Part shown: positions 18,577-28,506 of the stretch, piece after piece
How positions within the stretch are numbered: position 1 is the stretch's first letter
Layout: each line of letters begins with the position of its first letter
Assembly (NCBI GenBank): GCA_963666275.2
Contig: CAXXOA010000001.1
Location: 544,001 to 608,000, forward strand
Length of the DNA stretch: 64,000 bases
From: Oceanispirochaeta sp.
Lineage (GTDB): Bacteria > Spirochaetota > Spirochaetia > DSM-2461
Direction of reading: 5' to 3'
The notes under the pieces: generated by a model
What the model was told of the DNA's origin: nothing
Seen by the model: the letters and a program-made list of their open reading frames with translations, nothing else
Databases searched by the model: none
Position numbers and translations under genes: made by a program

Positions 18577-19356
18577 GTGATGGGAATCATTGAAAAGATG
18601 CGCCTTGACGGCAAAGTCTCCTTTGTTACCGGAGGAGCCAGAGGTATAGGAAAAGCAGTGGCAACTGCCCTTGCAGAAGCGGGAAGCAATCTTGCTATTG
18701 TTGATATTGATATTACAGAAGCGGAAAAAACAGCTTCATCCATCCGGGAATCCCTGGGTGTGGAAGCCATCGCCATAAAAGCGGATGCCACAAAACAGGA
18801 AGATGTCGATGCCATGATGAAGACCATCCTGGATAAATTCGGAAAACTCGATGCGGCTTTCTGCAATGCCGGAATCTGCATGAATATTCCCTCTGAAGAG
18901 ATGACTCTGGATCAGTGGAGAAAAGTCATTGATATAAACCTGACAGGGGTATTCCTGACATCCCAGGCCGCGGCAAAACAGATGCTGAAGCAGGGTTACG
19001 GTTCCATCGTCAATACAGCCTCCATGTCCGGACACATTGTCAATGTACCTCAGCCCCAGTGCTCCTATAATGCCTCAAAAGCCGGTGTTATCCAGCTGAC
19101 AAAATCCATGGCAGTGGAATATGCCAAGAGGGGAGTGCGGGTCAACAGCATCAGTCCCGGATATATAGGAACAGAGCTCACCCTTAACTCTCCCGATCTG
19201 AAACCCCTGATTGCCAAATGGAATGAAATGGCTCCCATGGGACGGATGGGAAAACCTGAAGAACTGCAGTCTATCGCTGTATACCTTGCGGGTGATACCA
19301 GCTCTTTTACCACTGGTTCCGATTTTATAGTGGACGGAGCTTTCACCTGTTTCTGA
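18577..19356 (+). CDS. Short-chain dehydrogenase, polyol/ketose reductase-like
   Basis: TGGARGIG, CNAG, SMSGHIVNVPQPQCSYNASK (YxxxK), RVNSISPGY. Confidence 0.9.
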   Translation: MMGIIEKMRLDGKVSFVTGGARGIGKAVATALAEAGSNLAIVDIDITEAEKTASSIRESLGVEAIAIKADATKQEDVDAMMKTILDKFGKLDAAFCNAGICMNIPSEEMTLDQWRKVIDINLTGVFLTSQAAAKQMLKQGYGSIVNTASMSGHIVNVPQPQCSYNASKAGVIQLTKSMAVEYAKRGVRVNSISPGYIGTELTLNSPDLKPLIAKWNEMAPMGRMGKPEELQSIAVYLAGDTSSFTTGSDFIVDGAFTCF

Positions 19357-19380
19357 TTTTCTGATAATGCAATAATTACA

Positions 19381-19436
19381 ATGCCTGCAGAATCGGTTTT
19401 TTCCTCCTATCGGACCGGCTCTGCAGGCATGCTTTT
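19381..19436 (+). terminator. Stem-loop/terminator after SDR
   Basis: ATGCCTGCAGA...TCTGCAGGCAT then GCTTTT. Confidence 0.6.
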
Positions 19437-19623
19437 AACCATACAGATGGTTTCTACTCCGGGCAGATCAATTATCTGGCCACAATTTGTGGTACTTTTG
19501 TAAGATCTTCTGTATAATTATTCACAGAAAATCTGAAATAGTCATATAAAAAACGATCCTTTGGTTTTGAGTGGTTATATTCGAAGAGAACAATTAACTT
19601 ACAAAAGTAATGAACTGGACTGA

Positions 19624-20745
19624 ATGAAAAACATAACTGTTTCCGACATCAAAAAGAATAATCTCACCCTTATATATAACCTTATATATTCCAGCGGCAA
19701 AATATCCAAACAGGAGATCGCCTCCCATCTCAATCTCAGCCTTCCCACGGTGACACAGAAGATTGTCAAACTGGAGGAAAAGGGCCTTGTGATCAAAGAA
19801 GGCTATTTTGAATCTTCCGTAGGACGGAGGGCTGTGGCCTACTCTATCCGTTCGAACGCCAGGATTGCCATCGGCGTGGGGATTCATCAGAATCAGGTCC
19901 GAATTCTCAGTATCGATCTGAAGGGGGAAGTCTGCGGAACTAGCCGTTTTGACATTCCCTATGCAAACCGGGAAGAGTACTACAAAGAGGTAGCCTACAA
20001 GATCAAGGATTTTATTCTGGAACAGAACTATCTGCTCGATCAGATCCTGGGAATCGGTTTTGCCATTCAGGGACTGACTTCGGTGGACGGCCAGAAAATT
20101 ACCTACGGGGATACACTGGGGTATACGGGATTGGATATTTCGGCCTTCTCCCGCTATCTGAACTCCCACTGTGCTTTTTTTCATGATGCCAAATGCGCGG
20201 CGGAAACAGAACTCTGGGTCAATGACAGCATTAGCAATGCCCTTTACCTTTCTGTGGGAAATCATCTGGGCGGAGCCATGATTGCCAACGGAAAAGTCTG
20301 GATGGGCGAGAACGGTCATTGCGGCGCGGCCGAACACATGCAGCTTGTTCCGGACGGCCGGGAGTGCTACTGCGGTGCCAGAGGCTGTATTGAAACCTAC
20401 TGCTCCCTGGGGGCACTGCTGAACCCGCAGGAAAAAATAGGAGACTTCTTTGAAGTTCTCCGTCAGGGGGATGCCGAACATATGAGGCGCTGGGATGAGT
20501 TCCTCAACTATCTGTCCAACGCCCTCAATAATCTGCATATTCTTCTGGATACGCCTGTCATACTGGGGGGGGAAATCTCCCACTTTCTGGTTCAGGAGGA
20601 CCTGGAGAAGCTTCAGGACCTGACCACAAGACGGGTTGTCTTTTCCAACAGGGAAAATTTCATTCAGGTGAGTCTCTATCCGAAAGACTCTATCTCCGTG
20701 GGGGCAGCGCTCCATTATATCCAGGACTTTATCAATCAGATCTGA
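19624..20745 (+). CDS. ROK-family transcriptional regulator
   Basis: N-terminal wHTH (SKQEIASHLNLSLPTVT, GRR), GAAEHM...CYCGARGCIETYCS. Confidence 0.93.
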   Translation: MKNITVSDIKKNNLTLIYNLIYSSGKISKQEIASHLNLSLPTVTQKIVKLEEKGLVIKEGYFESSVGRRAVAYSIRSNARIAIGVGIHQNQVRILSIDLKGEVCGTSRFDIPYANREEYYKEVAYKIKDFILEQNYLLDQILGIGFAIQGLTSVDGQKITYGDTLGYTGLDISAFSRYLNSHCAFFHDAKCAAETELWVNDSISNALYLSVGNHLGGAMIANGKVWMGENGHCGAAEHMQLVPDGRECYCGARGCIETYCSLGALLNPQEKIGDFFEVLRQGDAEHMRRWDEFLNYLSNALNNLHILLDTPVILGGEISHFLVQEDLEKLQDLTTRRVVFSNRENFIQVSLYPKDSISVGAALHYIQDFINQI

Positions 20746-20819
20746 TTGAAACGACTATTGCCCCGATACTTCAGGTTCTGTAAGGTATTCCTATACAGAC
20801 TGAGTAAGGATTCTTTTCA

Positions 20820-21434
20820 ATGATACTATTTCTTCAGCTATGGGGCGGGCTCTTCTATCTTATCAATAAAATTCTTTTTTCTCTGGCCGAAAACCTGAGT
20901 TTTTCTCTGAGAAGGCGCTTTCGTATCGTCTCCTGGATTCTTTATATTCTGGGAGTTCCCGCCTGGGTCGTGATCCTTGTGCTGAAACACAACTGGATCG
21001 CCGCATCCATCGAAGCCGGCGGTATACCGGCCATGATTTTCGGTCTGTCCAAGGATCTCCGTCCGAAAAGCACCGCTAGCCGGCGGCTCGATCTGCTGGC
21101 CAGCGGATTCACCTATCTGTTTATAATCCTGGGAGTTGGTTACAGTTTTATGGATTTCGGCGGAATCCGTTCTCTTTCCCAGGTTCTGGAAATCCTGGTT
21201 ACGATAGGATTTCTTGCGGGAAGTTACTTTATGGCCAAAGGCAGATCTGCGGGATGGCTTTTCTTTATGCTTATGAACGGCAGTATGGGATATCTTATGT
21301 ATATTCAGGGGCATCCTCTTCTAACTCTGCAACAGGTAATTTCCTTCTGTTTCGTTGTTTATGGGTACACGACAGTTTTGAGAACCTCTTCGGGAAACTG
21401 CGGGATACCGGAAAAAGCAGGACCGGATAACTGA
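20820..21434 (+). CDS. Multi-TM membrane protein, possibly PnuC-like
   Basis: About 7 hydrophobic segments; family assignment weak. Confidence 0.6.
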   Translation: MILFLQLWGGLFYLINKILFSLAENLSFSLRRRFRIVSWILYILGVPAWVVILVLKHNWIAASIEAGGIPAMIFGLSKDLRPKSTASRRLDLLASGFTYLFIILGVGYSFMDFGGIRSLSQVLEILVTIGFLAGSYFMAKGRSAGWLFFMLMNGSMGYLMYIQGHPLLTLQQVISFCFVVYGYTTVLRTSSGNCGIPEKAGPDN

Positions 21435-21475
21435 AGATTCCGGTTTCTGAAGTTGTCGATGAAAAGGAGAAAGGT

Positions 21476-21844
21476 ATGAATTATTTATGGACCACGATCC
21501 ACGTGTCCGATATGGACGCATCACTGGAATTCTATCGGGATTTTCTGGGGCTTGAACTTATGGAAAGAGTCAACCCTGCAGAAGGGATTGAGCTGGCATT
21601 TCTGGGCAGCGGGGAGACTCGTGTTGAACTGATCAGGAGGGAAGGGGAAGGGACTCCCGCCTTTGGGAAAAGTCTCTCCATGGGCTTTCAGACTGCGTCC
21701 CTTGAGGCGGCAATGAAAGAACTGGAAAACCGGAAGATCCCGGTCCTGGAAGGGCCCAATCAGCCCGGCCCGGGTATCCGTTTTCTCTACATCCGGGATC
21801 CCGACGGGATGAAAATTCAGCTTGTGGAACTGCTGAACCAGTGA
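21476..21844 (+). CDS. VOC/glyoxalase-family protein
   Basis: IHVSDMDASLEFYRDFLG, VELI, IRDPDGMKIQLVE. Confidence 0.9.
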   Translation: MNYLWTTIHVSDMDASLEFYRDFLGLELMERVNPAEGIELAFLGSGETRVELIRREGEGTPAFGKSLSMGFQTASLEAAMKELENRKIPVLEGPNQPGPGIRFLYIRDPDGMKIQLVELLNQ

Positions 21845-21926
21845 ATCGAGAATGATTTTTTATCTGTAACCGCTGGCTGATAAATTGCTTTCCTGAGTAT
21901 ACTATTCCTGTCAGGGAGAATTAATT

Positions 21927-22832
21927 ATGTACATCCGGAAAAGTCTGTCAGCCTTCATTTCATTCCTTTTATTTTTCTGTGTTCTGCCCCTATCTGCCCA
22001 GTTCGGGGGATCCCGGGGAGGCAGCGGCCCCATTGCCACCGCCGGCTCCGGCGGATCCGGGAGGGGCATTACCGTCGGAGGAAGGATCACACCCTACAGG
22101 AAAATAAGTCATACCTTTTCGGTGGACGGCTATGTGGATGCCCTCCTGGTCTCTCCGGGAGACAGGATAAAAGCTGGGGATCCTCTGATCCGTTTAACCC
22201 GGGATGTGGTGGGGGAAACCTATAAGCCCGTCATTCTGGAATCCCGCATTGACGGGATTGTTTCAGAAGTTCATGTCTATGAAAGCCAGCAGGTTTCATC
22301 GGGTACCCCGGGAGTCACGGTTCTGGATGACCGCTTTTTTCTGCTGGAGGCCAGTTTGAGCGACAGGGATGCCCGGGCTGTCCGCAGTATGATGGGCTTT
22401 CCTGTGACAGGAGTCTCTCCCGAAGGAGACGGATTCTCCGGTAAAATCCGGGACATAACTACCGAACCGGATTATTCCACAGGCCTTTTCACCCTGACAA
22501 TGCAGTTTCCTCCCCGGGCGGGACTCTATCTGGGAACCGTCCTTTTTGTGGATCTTCCCGTGGAGAAAGCATCGGGTATCACCATAGAAAGAACCGCCCT
22601 CATTCCGGAGCAGCCGGAGCCGGCGGTCTGGGTTTTCAATAGCCAGGGGCTCCTGGAGATGCGGCAGGTTACTGCCGGACCGGAAAAGGAAGATAAAATA
22701 GAGATATCCCTGGGGATTTCCGAGGGGGAACAGTATGTCCGTCTGCCCGATGGACGGGAAGCCGAGGGGATGAGTGTCCGGGAGCTGATCCAGTCAAGAA
22801 TGGCCGGGAACGGTTCCCAGGGTGACCGCTGA
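21927..22832 (+). CDS. RND efflux periplasmic adaptor lacking the alpha-hairpin (BesA-like)
   Basis: Lipoyl halves VDGYVDALLVSPGDRIKAGDPL and LESRIDGIVSEV joined by about 12 residues; GISEGEQYV membrane-proximal motif. Confidence 0.85.
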   Translation: MYIRKSLSAFISFLLFFCVLPLSAQFGGSRGGSGPIATAGSGGSGRGITVGGRITPYRKISHTFSVDGYVDALLVSPGDRIKAGDPLIRLTRDVVGETYKPVILESRIDGIVSEVHVYESQQVSSGTPGVTVLDDRFFLLEASLSDRDARAVRSMMGFPVTGVSPEGDGFSGKIRDITTEPDYSTGLFTLTMQFPPRAGLYLGTVLFVDLPVEKASGITIERTALIPEQPEPAVWVFNSQGLLEMRQVTAGPEKEDKIEISLGISEGEQYVRLPDGREAEGMSVRELIQSRMAGNGSQGDR

Positions 22833-25800
22833 TGCTAGATTTTCTTTTCCGTAAATCTACCGGTTTTTTCCTTCTTGTTATTCTTCTGATCGCGACGGGA
22901 GTGATAGTCCTTTTAAGGCTTCCGGTTATGATGTATCCCCAGACCAGGCGTCCCCAGGTGATGGTGCAGTTCAGTCATCCCGGAATTTCCGCTGTAGATT
23001 TTCAGGACCAGTATGCCGAATCCATCGAAAACAGCCTGATGTCCCTCTCTGATCTGGATCTTCTGGAAACCACCTATTCCACCGACTCCAGCCGGTTCGG
23101 CCTGACTTTCAACTGGAATGTGGAGAGTGATGAAGCCCGGACGGAAGTGGAAAACCTGATGGTCACGGTAAACGCCACTCTTCCAACGGTCATTCAGGAT
23201 TCCTATTCGGTCAGGTACTGGCAGGGGGAGAATGCGGGGTACCTTGTAATGGGACTCACTTCCGAGACGACCCCTTCGGAAGAGCTCTATTACACTCTGA
23301 AGAACAATATTGAGCCCCGGCTGATGAAAATAGAAGATCTGGAGGAGATCGGCTTCTACAATACAAGGCGTCTGATTGTGGAGATCCAGCTGGAGCAGCT
23401 GAAAATGCTCTCCTACGGGATTACAATCAGTGATGTCAATACGGCGCTCCAGTCAGGATTTCTTCCTCAACCCCTGGGATCTCTGGATACGGGGGACGAC
23501 AGATTGAGTATCCGTCTGGAGAGGAATGAAAAAAGCCTGGATCAGCTCTCCCGGCTGGAGATCAAACAGGTGGGGAACTCCCGGATTACCCTGGACGATA
23601 TCGCTCAGCTGGATATCCGCTATACCCTGCCGGAACGGGTTTTCCTTGTGAAAGGGGAGCCGGCGGTTCAGCTCACCGCCACGCCGGAAGAGGGCGGGAA
23701 TGTGAATACCATGACCCGGCAGATCGAGGAAATTCTCCAGCAGGGGATCGACGAGGGACTGATACCGGGGGATACAGAAATGTCCCTGTATCTGGATCCG
23801 GCCAAGTACATAAGCAAATCCATCCAGAATGTGGTACAGGCCGCCCTCATCGGAGGACTTCTGGCTGTGACTGTTGTTTTCCTGATCCTGGGAGAGTGGA
23901 AAAATACTCTGCTGATTGCGGCATCCCTCCCTGTTACAATCATTATCAGTTTTCTCTTTATGCAGGTCTTCGGGGTTTCCATTAATCTGATCTCTCTGGG
24001 AGGTCTGGCTCTGGCCGTGGGCATGATTGTGGACTCTACCATCGTTGTGATGGAGAATATTCACCGTCACCGACTGGAATCGGAAGGGGCGGGCAGAATC
24101 CTGCAGTGGCGTAAAATTGTTATTGATGCGGTGGATCAGGTAAGGTCCCCGGTGATCGCCTCCACCCTGACGTCTGTGCTTGTCTTTCTTCCCATATCCT
24201 TTACGGCCCCTCTGACCAACGCCATTCTGGGGGATCAGGCCAGAACCGTTGTATTTGCTCTTATGGGCTCTCTGCTTGTTTCGCTCACCCTGGTTCCGGT
24301 ACTGGCTTTCTATGCCTTTCTGGGGCATCAGACGAAAGGCCCCATGGGGAAGCGGCTTAAAAAAAGGGATGAGAAGATCTTTCAGGGGCTGGGGAATCTT
24401 TACGGAACCAGTCTCCACTGGATCCTGAGGAAAAAGCGCAGGGCCGCCGGATTTCTTGTGGCGGCTTTCGGCATCCTGATTGTCTCGCTGCTGCTTGTTA
24501 TGCCCCGGATCCCCAGAGAAATTATTGCCACTCCCACATCGGACAGGGTTGTCCTCTTTTTCCGGAATTCAGAAATCTCCGATCCTGAAGTGTATATGAA
24601 TGAAATAATCCCCGAGATGAATGCCAAAATAGATGAAGCTGTGGGAGACCTGCTTTCAGAAAAGTTTGCCAATCTCTACGGACGGTTCAATCAGTATTTT
24701 CTGGACCTTCACAGTTCCGAGTACACCGAAGAGGCCATTGCCCGGCTTCAGGAGGTTTTTGTCTCCGAAGGGGACTGGTACTACAATGTGATGGCCTGGG
24801 ATCCGGCGGCTCTGCCTCTGCCCCGGAGTTTTGATTTTCAGATGAGCCTTTTCGGGCCGGATCCTCAGGTAAAAGTGGAGCTTCTGGCATCCATACAGAC
24901 CCTCCTGAATGAGGAGGAGATCTTCCGCCGGACCTTTACGGAACCCTCATCGTCCATTGTCAGGCAGCTGAATCTGAAGTCCCGGGAAGAGACTATCGAC
25001 AGTTTTTCCGGGCTCTCCGAATCCTCCCTGACCCAGCTGATCAGGCGTGTACTCAACGGAACCTCCACCATTACCCTTTCCGAGGATTCGGAAGATGTGG
25101 ACATCTCCGCCTCCTATCCGGAGGATCTTGTGAACTCCCGTCAGAAACTGGAAGACTTCCTGGTTCCCTGGGAGCAGCAGTTCATACCGCTCAAACACTT
25201 TTTCAACTTCAGCGAAACCAGCGGGGTTTCCCAGGTTTACAGCGAAAACGGCGAACCCGCCTTCCGGATCTACGGACTGGCGGGATTCCGGATCAGTGAC
25301 AGTAAAAGGCTGGAGATGCAGCAGCAGGCTCAGGCCTATCTGGAGGAGAACCTTGTCCTTCCCGAAGGATACAGCTATACCTTCGACAATCCCCGTATCG
25401 AGATGGACAGCGCCATACGGTCCCTCTTTGTGGCCCTGGCTATTTCTGTGGTGCTGATCTACCTGCTCCTGGCCTTCCAGTTCAACTCCCTATGGATCCC
25501 CCTGGTGATTCTTGTGACCATCCCTCTGGGGTTTGTGGGGGTTGTTTTCAGCCTCTGGCTCTTCAAATCCACCCTGAACCTGAACTCCCTTCTGGGAACC
25601 ATTCTTCTGGGCGGGATTGTTGTGAATAATGCGATTATCCTGATTGATTTCTATCTGAAATCCAGGCTGGAGTTCAGCGACTACAGAGAGGCGCTGATCC
25701 ATGCCGCCCGGATCCGTTTCCAGCCTATTATCATTACCACCATGACTACCATTTTCGGTATGCTCCCCCTGGCTATCGGCCTGGGAGAGGGATCCAATAT

Positions 25801-25945
25801 CCTTCAGCCCCTGGGAATCGCCGTATCGGGAGGGCTGCTTGTTTCGACTCTGATGGCTCTTTATGCGGTTCCCTCCCTGCTGGTTCTGACCCACAGCAAC
25901 AGAAAGTCTCACCACCACAAAGAAAGGGATATGCTCCATGAATAA
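22832..25945 (+). CDS. RND efflux permease (AcrB/AcrD/AcrF family)
   Basis: 1037 aa; SLGGLALAVGMIVDSTIVVMENI, GIVVNNAIILID, RFQPIIITTMTT, PLGIAVSGGL. Confidence 0.95.
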   Translation: MLDFLFRKSTGFFLLVILLIATGVIVLLRLPVMMYPQTRRPQVMVQFSHPGISAVDFQDQYAESIENSLMSLSDLDLLETTYSTDSSRFGLTFNWNVESDEARTEVENLMVTVNATLPTVIQDSYSVRYWQGENAGYLVMGLTSETTPSEELYYTLKNNIEPRLMKIEDLEEIGFYNTRRLIVEIQLEQLKMLSYGITISDVNTALQSGFLPQPLGSLDTGDDRLSIRLERNEKSLDQLSRLEIKQVGNSRITLDDIAQLDIRYTLPERVFLVKGEPAVQLTATPEEGGNVNTMTRQIEEILQQGIDEGLIPGDTEMSLYLDPAKYISKSIQNVVQAALIGGLLAVTVVFLILGEWKNTLLIAASLPVTIIISFLFMQVFGVSINLISLGGLALAVGMIVDSTIVVMENIHRHRLESEGAGRILQWRKIVIDAVDQVRSPVIASTLTSVLVFLPISFTAPLTNAILGDQARTVVFALMGSLLVSLTLVPVLAFYAFLGHQTKGPMGKRLKKRDEKIFQGLGNLYGTSLHWILRKKRRAAGFLVAAFGILIVSLLLVMPRIPREIIATPTSDRVVLFFRNSEISDPEVYMNEIIPEMNAKIDEAVGDLLSEKFANLYGRFNQYFLDLHSSEYTEEAIARLQEVFVSEGDWYYNVMAWDPAALPLPRSFDFQMSLFGPDPQVKVELLASIQTLLNEEEIFRRTFTEPSSSIVRQLNLKSREETIDSFSGLSESSLTQLIRRVLNGTSTITLSEDSEDVDISASYPEDLVNSRQKLEDFLVPWEQQFIPLKHFFNFSETSGVSQVYSENGEPAFRIYGLAGFRISDSKRLEMQQQAQAYLEENLVLPEGYSYTFDNPRIEMDSAIRSLFVALAISVVLIYLLLAFQFNSLWIPLVILVTIPLGFVGVVFSLWLFKSTLNLNSLLGTILLGGIVVNNAIILIDFYLKSRLEFSDYREALIHAARIRFQPIIITTMTTIFGMLPLAIGLGEGSNILQPLGIAVSGGLLVSTLMALYAVPSLLVLTHSNRKSHHHKERDMLHE

Positions 25946-27260
25946 ACTCAAAGCCCTGGGACTCATTTTTCTTATTTTCTCAGGCCCACTTTCGGCGGCA
26001 CTGTCTTCCCAGGAGATCAGTCTGACCCTGGAAGAGGCCTGGAACCGGATGGCCGGGAGTAACGGGGAACTTATCAAACTGAGGACCGCCCTTGAAAGCG
26101 CCCGCCGGCAGGAGGACGCTCCGGATCAGTGGATCCCTTCCCTCAGCGCCGGTGCCTCCCTGTCCCGATCCTCCCCCCTTGTCAGCGCCTACACCCAGCC
26201 GGATCCACCCGAGAGGGAAGAGCAGGACAACTGGTCTGTCCGGGGATCCGTGGATATGCAGCTCAGACTCTCTCCGGGACTCTCTCTGATGGAAAAGCTG
26301 GAAGTGCTCAGAAGGCAGAATGCCGAACTGGCTCTCCGGGAGGAGATCGCCTCCCTCCGCTATGATCTGACGGTTTTATTTCATCAGATCCTGGCAGGAG
26401 ACAGACGGATTGCCTTTCAGGAGGAGAATGTGGCTCTGGCGGAAACCCGTCTGGGGCAGATTCAGCTCCAGTTTGACAGAGGGCTGCGGTCGGATCTGGA
26501 GCTGCTTTCCGCCAGGATTGCCGCGGCCGGAGGCGTTCCGGGGCTTATGAAAGAGCGCTCGGATCAGGAAAAAAGGTATATTACCCTCAAGCGCTATCTG
26601 GGACTGGAACAGGAGGTCTCTGTCCGTCTGGAATCGCCGCCGGAGGAGGTTTCCTCTGATCCTCCCCTGGAGGAACTTATGGCTTCTCTGGGACCGGATC
26701 CTTCTATTGTGGTCCTGCAGAATCAGCTTGAGATCAGCCGGATCAGTTACGATCTGGAAGGAAAGAGTCTCTATGGACCCACCCTGGGGATGAGTCTGGG
26801 CTGGTCCTCCAGTGTGAACCCGGCCTTCCGGGAGGAATCCTGGAGTTCTGAAGAGTGGAGTGACTCGCTGGGTCTGGGATTTTCCCTCTCCGTTCCTCTG
26901 GACGGGTACATTAAGGGCTCTTCCGGGCAGATGGACTTTCTGGATCGGGAGGATGCTGTCCGGACTGCCGAAATCAATCTGGAAACAGCCCGGCAGATAC
27001 GGCGGGACAATGTCCACACCCTGTACCTGGATATTCAGCTCAGCCGGGCCAATATCGATGTTGACAAGCTGAATGTGTCTCTTCTGGCGCAGACTCTTTC
27101 CAAGATGGAACTGAGCTACAGCGAAGGCCGGGCCTCTCTTTCCGAGCTGGAAGAGAGCCGGCAGGACTGGATGGAAGCTGTTCTGACCCTGGAGGATGAA
27201 CGGCTGAATCTGAAGCTGCTGGAGATTGAACTAGTGTATTATATAAATCCATATATCTGA
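25938..27260 (+). CDS. TolC-family outer membrane factor
   Basis: Signal peptide, LTLEEAW, repeated OEP pattern (FDRGLRSDLELLSA; YSEGRASLSELEES). Confidence 0.88.
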   Translation: MNKLKALGLIFLIFSGPLSAALSSQEISLTLEEAWNRMAGSNGELIKLRTALESARRQEDAPDQWIPSLSAGASLSRSSPLVSAYTQPDPPEREEQDNWSVRGSVDMQLRLSPGLSLMEKLEVLRRQNAELALREEIASLRYDLTVLFHQILAGDRRIAFQEENVALAETRLGQIQLQFDRGLRSDLELLSARIAAAGGVPGLMKERSDQEKRYITLKRYLGLEQEVSVRLESPPEEVSSDPPLEELMASLGPDPSIVVLQNQLEISRISYDLEGKSLYGPTLGMSLGWSSSVNPAFREESWSSEEWSDSLGLGFSLSVPLDGYIKGSSGQMDFLDREDAVRTAEINLETARQIRRDNVHTLYLDIQLSRANIDVDKLNVSLLAQTLSKMELSYSEGRASLSELEESRQDWMEAVLTLEDERLNLKLLEIELVYYINPYI

Positions 27261-27295
27261 ATAAAATAAACCATTCTCTGATTCGCCTTTCTACC

Positions 27296-27327
27296 CATTT
27301 ACGCCTCTGATTTCAGGGGTGTAAATG
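27296..27327 (+). terminator. Stem-loop after TolC
   Basis: CATTTACGCCTCTGA-TT-TCAGGGGTGTAAATG. Confidence 0.6.
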
Positions 27328-27365
27328 TCATATAAATATTTCCTCAGCTTTTAGGGATTTTTTTA

Positions 27366-27421
27366 GTCAACAAAATTGTTCAACAAAAATGTTGACAGAT
27401 AATGTACAGCATTGCTAATAT
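27366..27421 (+). promoter_or_regulatory. Promoter of the tct/gal cluster with putative GntR operator overlapping -35
   Basis: GTCAACAAAATTGTTCAACAAAAATGTTGAC dyad (27366-27396); TTGACA 27392, 18 nt, TG-C-TAATAT. Confidence 0.6.
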
Positions 27422-27457
27422 GTTTAAAGTTCACATTAACAACGAAAGGAGTGATAT

Positions 27458-28444
27458 ATGAAAATCATGCGAAAAATCCCTTTAATGCTGGGGATTGTAT
27501 TTTTCTTTTATACAGCCATTGGCTTTGCAGAAGGACAGTCTGAGTCTTCGAAACCTTATCCTTCAAAGAAGATTACTTTTCTTGTACCGGCTAATCCCGG
27601 CGGGGGATGGGATCTGACTTCCCGGGCGATGAAAAAAGTTCTTGAAGAAACCGGACTTGTTGATCAGCCCATTGTCATTGTCAATAAACCGGGGGGAAGC
27701 GGGGAAATCGCATGGCAGTTTCTGAAAAATCAGGACAGCTATACACTTTCTATCAATTCCGCTCTGATTCTCAATAACAATACTCTGGGAGTGAGCGAGT
27801 TAACATACAATGATTTTACCCCCCTGGCTACGATTTCAGCCGGATGGGAAGCTCTGGTCGTCCCTGTAGATTCTCCTTATCAGACTGCTGAAGATTTTAT
27901 GGCTCAACTGAAGAATGATCCTGAATCTCTGAAAATTGGTGTTTTCGGATTAGGAAACAATGCCCATCTGATGTTTGTAAAGGCAGCTATGCAATATGGA
28001 GTGGATATTTCAAAAATTCAGTATCTCGTAGAAAAAAGCGGCGCCAACATTGTAACTCAGCTTGCGGGGAATCATATGCAGGGAGCAACCATGTATGCGG
28101 CCGAAGCCACTGAGCTGTACAAAGCCGGTAAGGTAAAAATTCTTGCTGTGGCCAGTGAAGAACGTATGGAAGATATTCCGGAAGTTCCCACATGGAAAGA
28201 ACTGGGCGGGGCTTCAGTTGCCCAGTGGAGAGGATTCATGGGGCCCCCGAATATGACAGAAGAAGAAATAGCCTATTGGGATGGTATTTTTGCTGAAGTG
28301 GTAAAAACACCTGAGTGGAAGGCTGTGCTGAAGCAGAATCAGTGGTCTGACTATTACAAGAATAGTGTCGATACTGCTGTTTTACTGGAAGAAAACAACT
28401 TGATCTATAAAGAGTTGATTGAAGCAACTGGATTGAAAAAATAA
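27458..28444 (+). CDS. tctC: Tripartite tricarboxylate transporter substrate-binding protein
   Basis: YPSKKITFLVPANPGGGWDL, VNKPGGSG, VPTWKELG, WRGFMGPP. Confidence 0.92.
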   Translation: MKIMRKIPLMLGIVFFFYTAIGFAEGQSESSKPYPSKKITFLVPANPGGGWDLTSRAMKKVLEETGLVDQPIVIVNKPGGSGEIAWQFLKNQDSYTLSINSALILNNNTLGVSELTYNDFTPLATISAGWEALVVPVDSPYQTAEDFMAQLKNDPESLKIGVFGLGNNAHLMFVKAAMQYGVDISKIQYLVEKSGANIVTQLAGNHMQGATMYAAEATELYKAGKVKILAVASEERMEDIPEVPTWKELGGASVAQWRGFMGPPNMTEEEIAYWDGIFAEVVKTPEWKAVLKQNQWSDYYKNSVDTAVLLEENNLIYKELIEATGLKK

Positions 28445-28447
28445 GTG

Positions 28448-28481
28448 ATCCCTGAGGTTCTGTTTTCAGAACCTCAAGGAT
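28448..28481 (+). terminator. Intercistronic stem-loop after tctC
   Basis: TGAGGTTCTG-TTTT-CAGAACCTCA core. Confidence 0.55.
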
Positions 28482-28506
28482 TGGGTTCGATAGACGGAGG
28501 TTGTAT

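Noticed and set aside
19594..20715. 373-aa minus-strand ORF, and similar long antisense ORFs at 23453-24418, 45601-46746 and 13589-14350
   Set aside because: They lie opposite well-supported genes (ROK, RND permease, speA, recQ) and have no recognisable motifs
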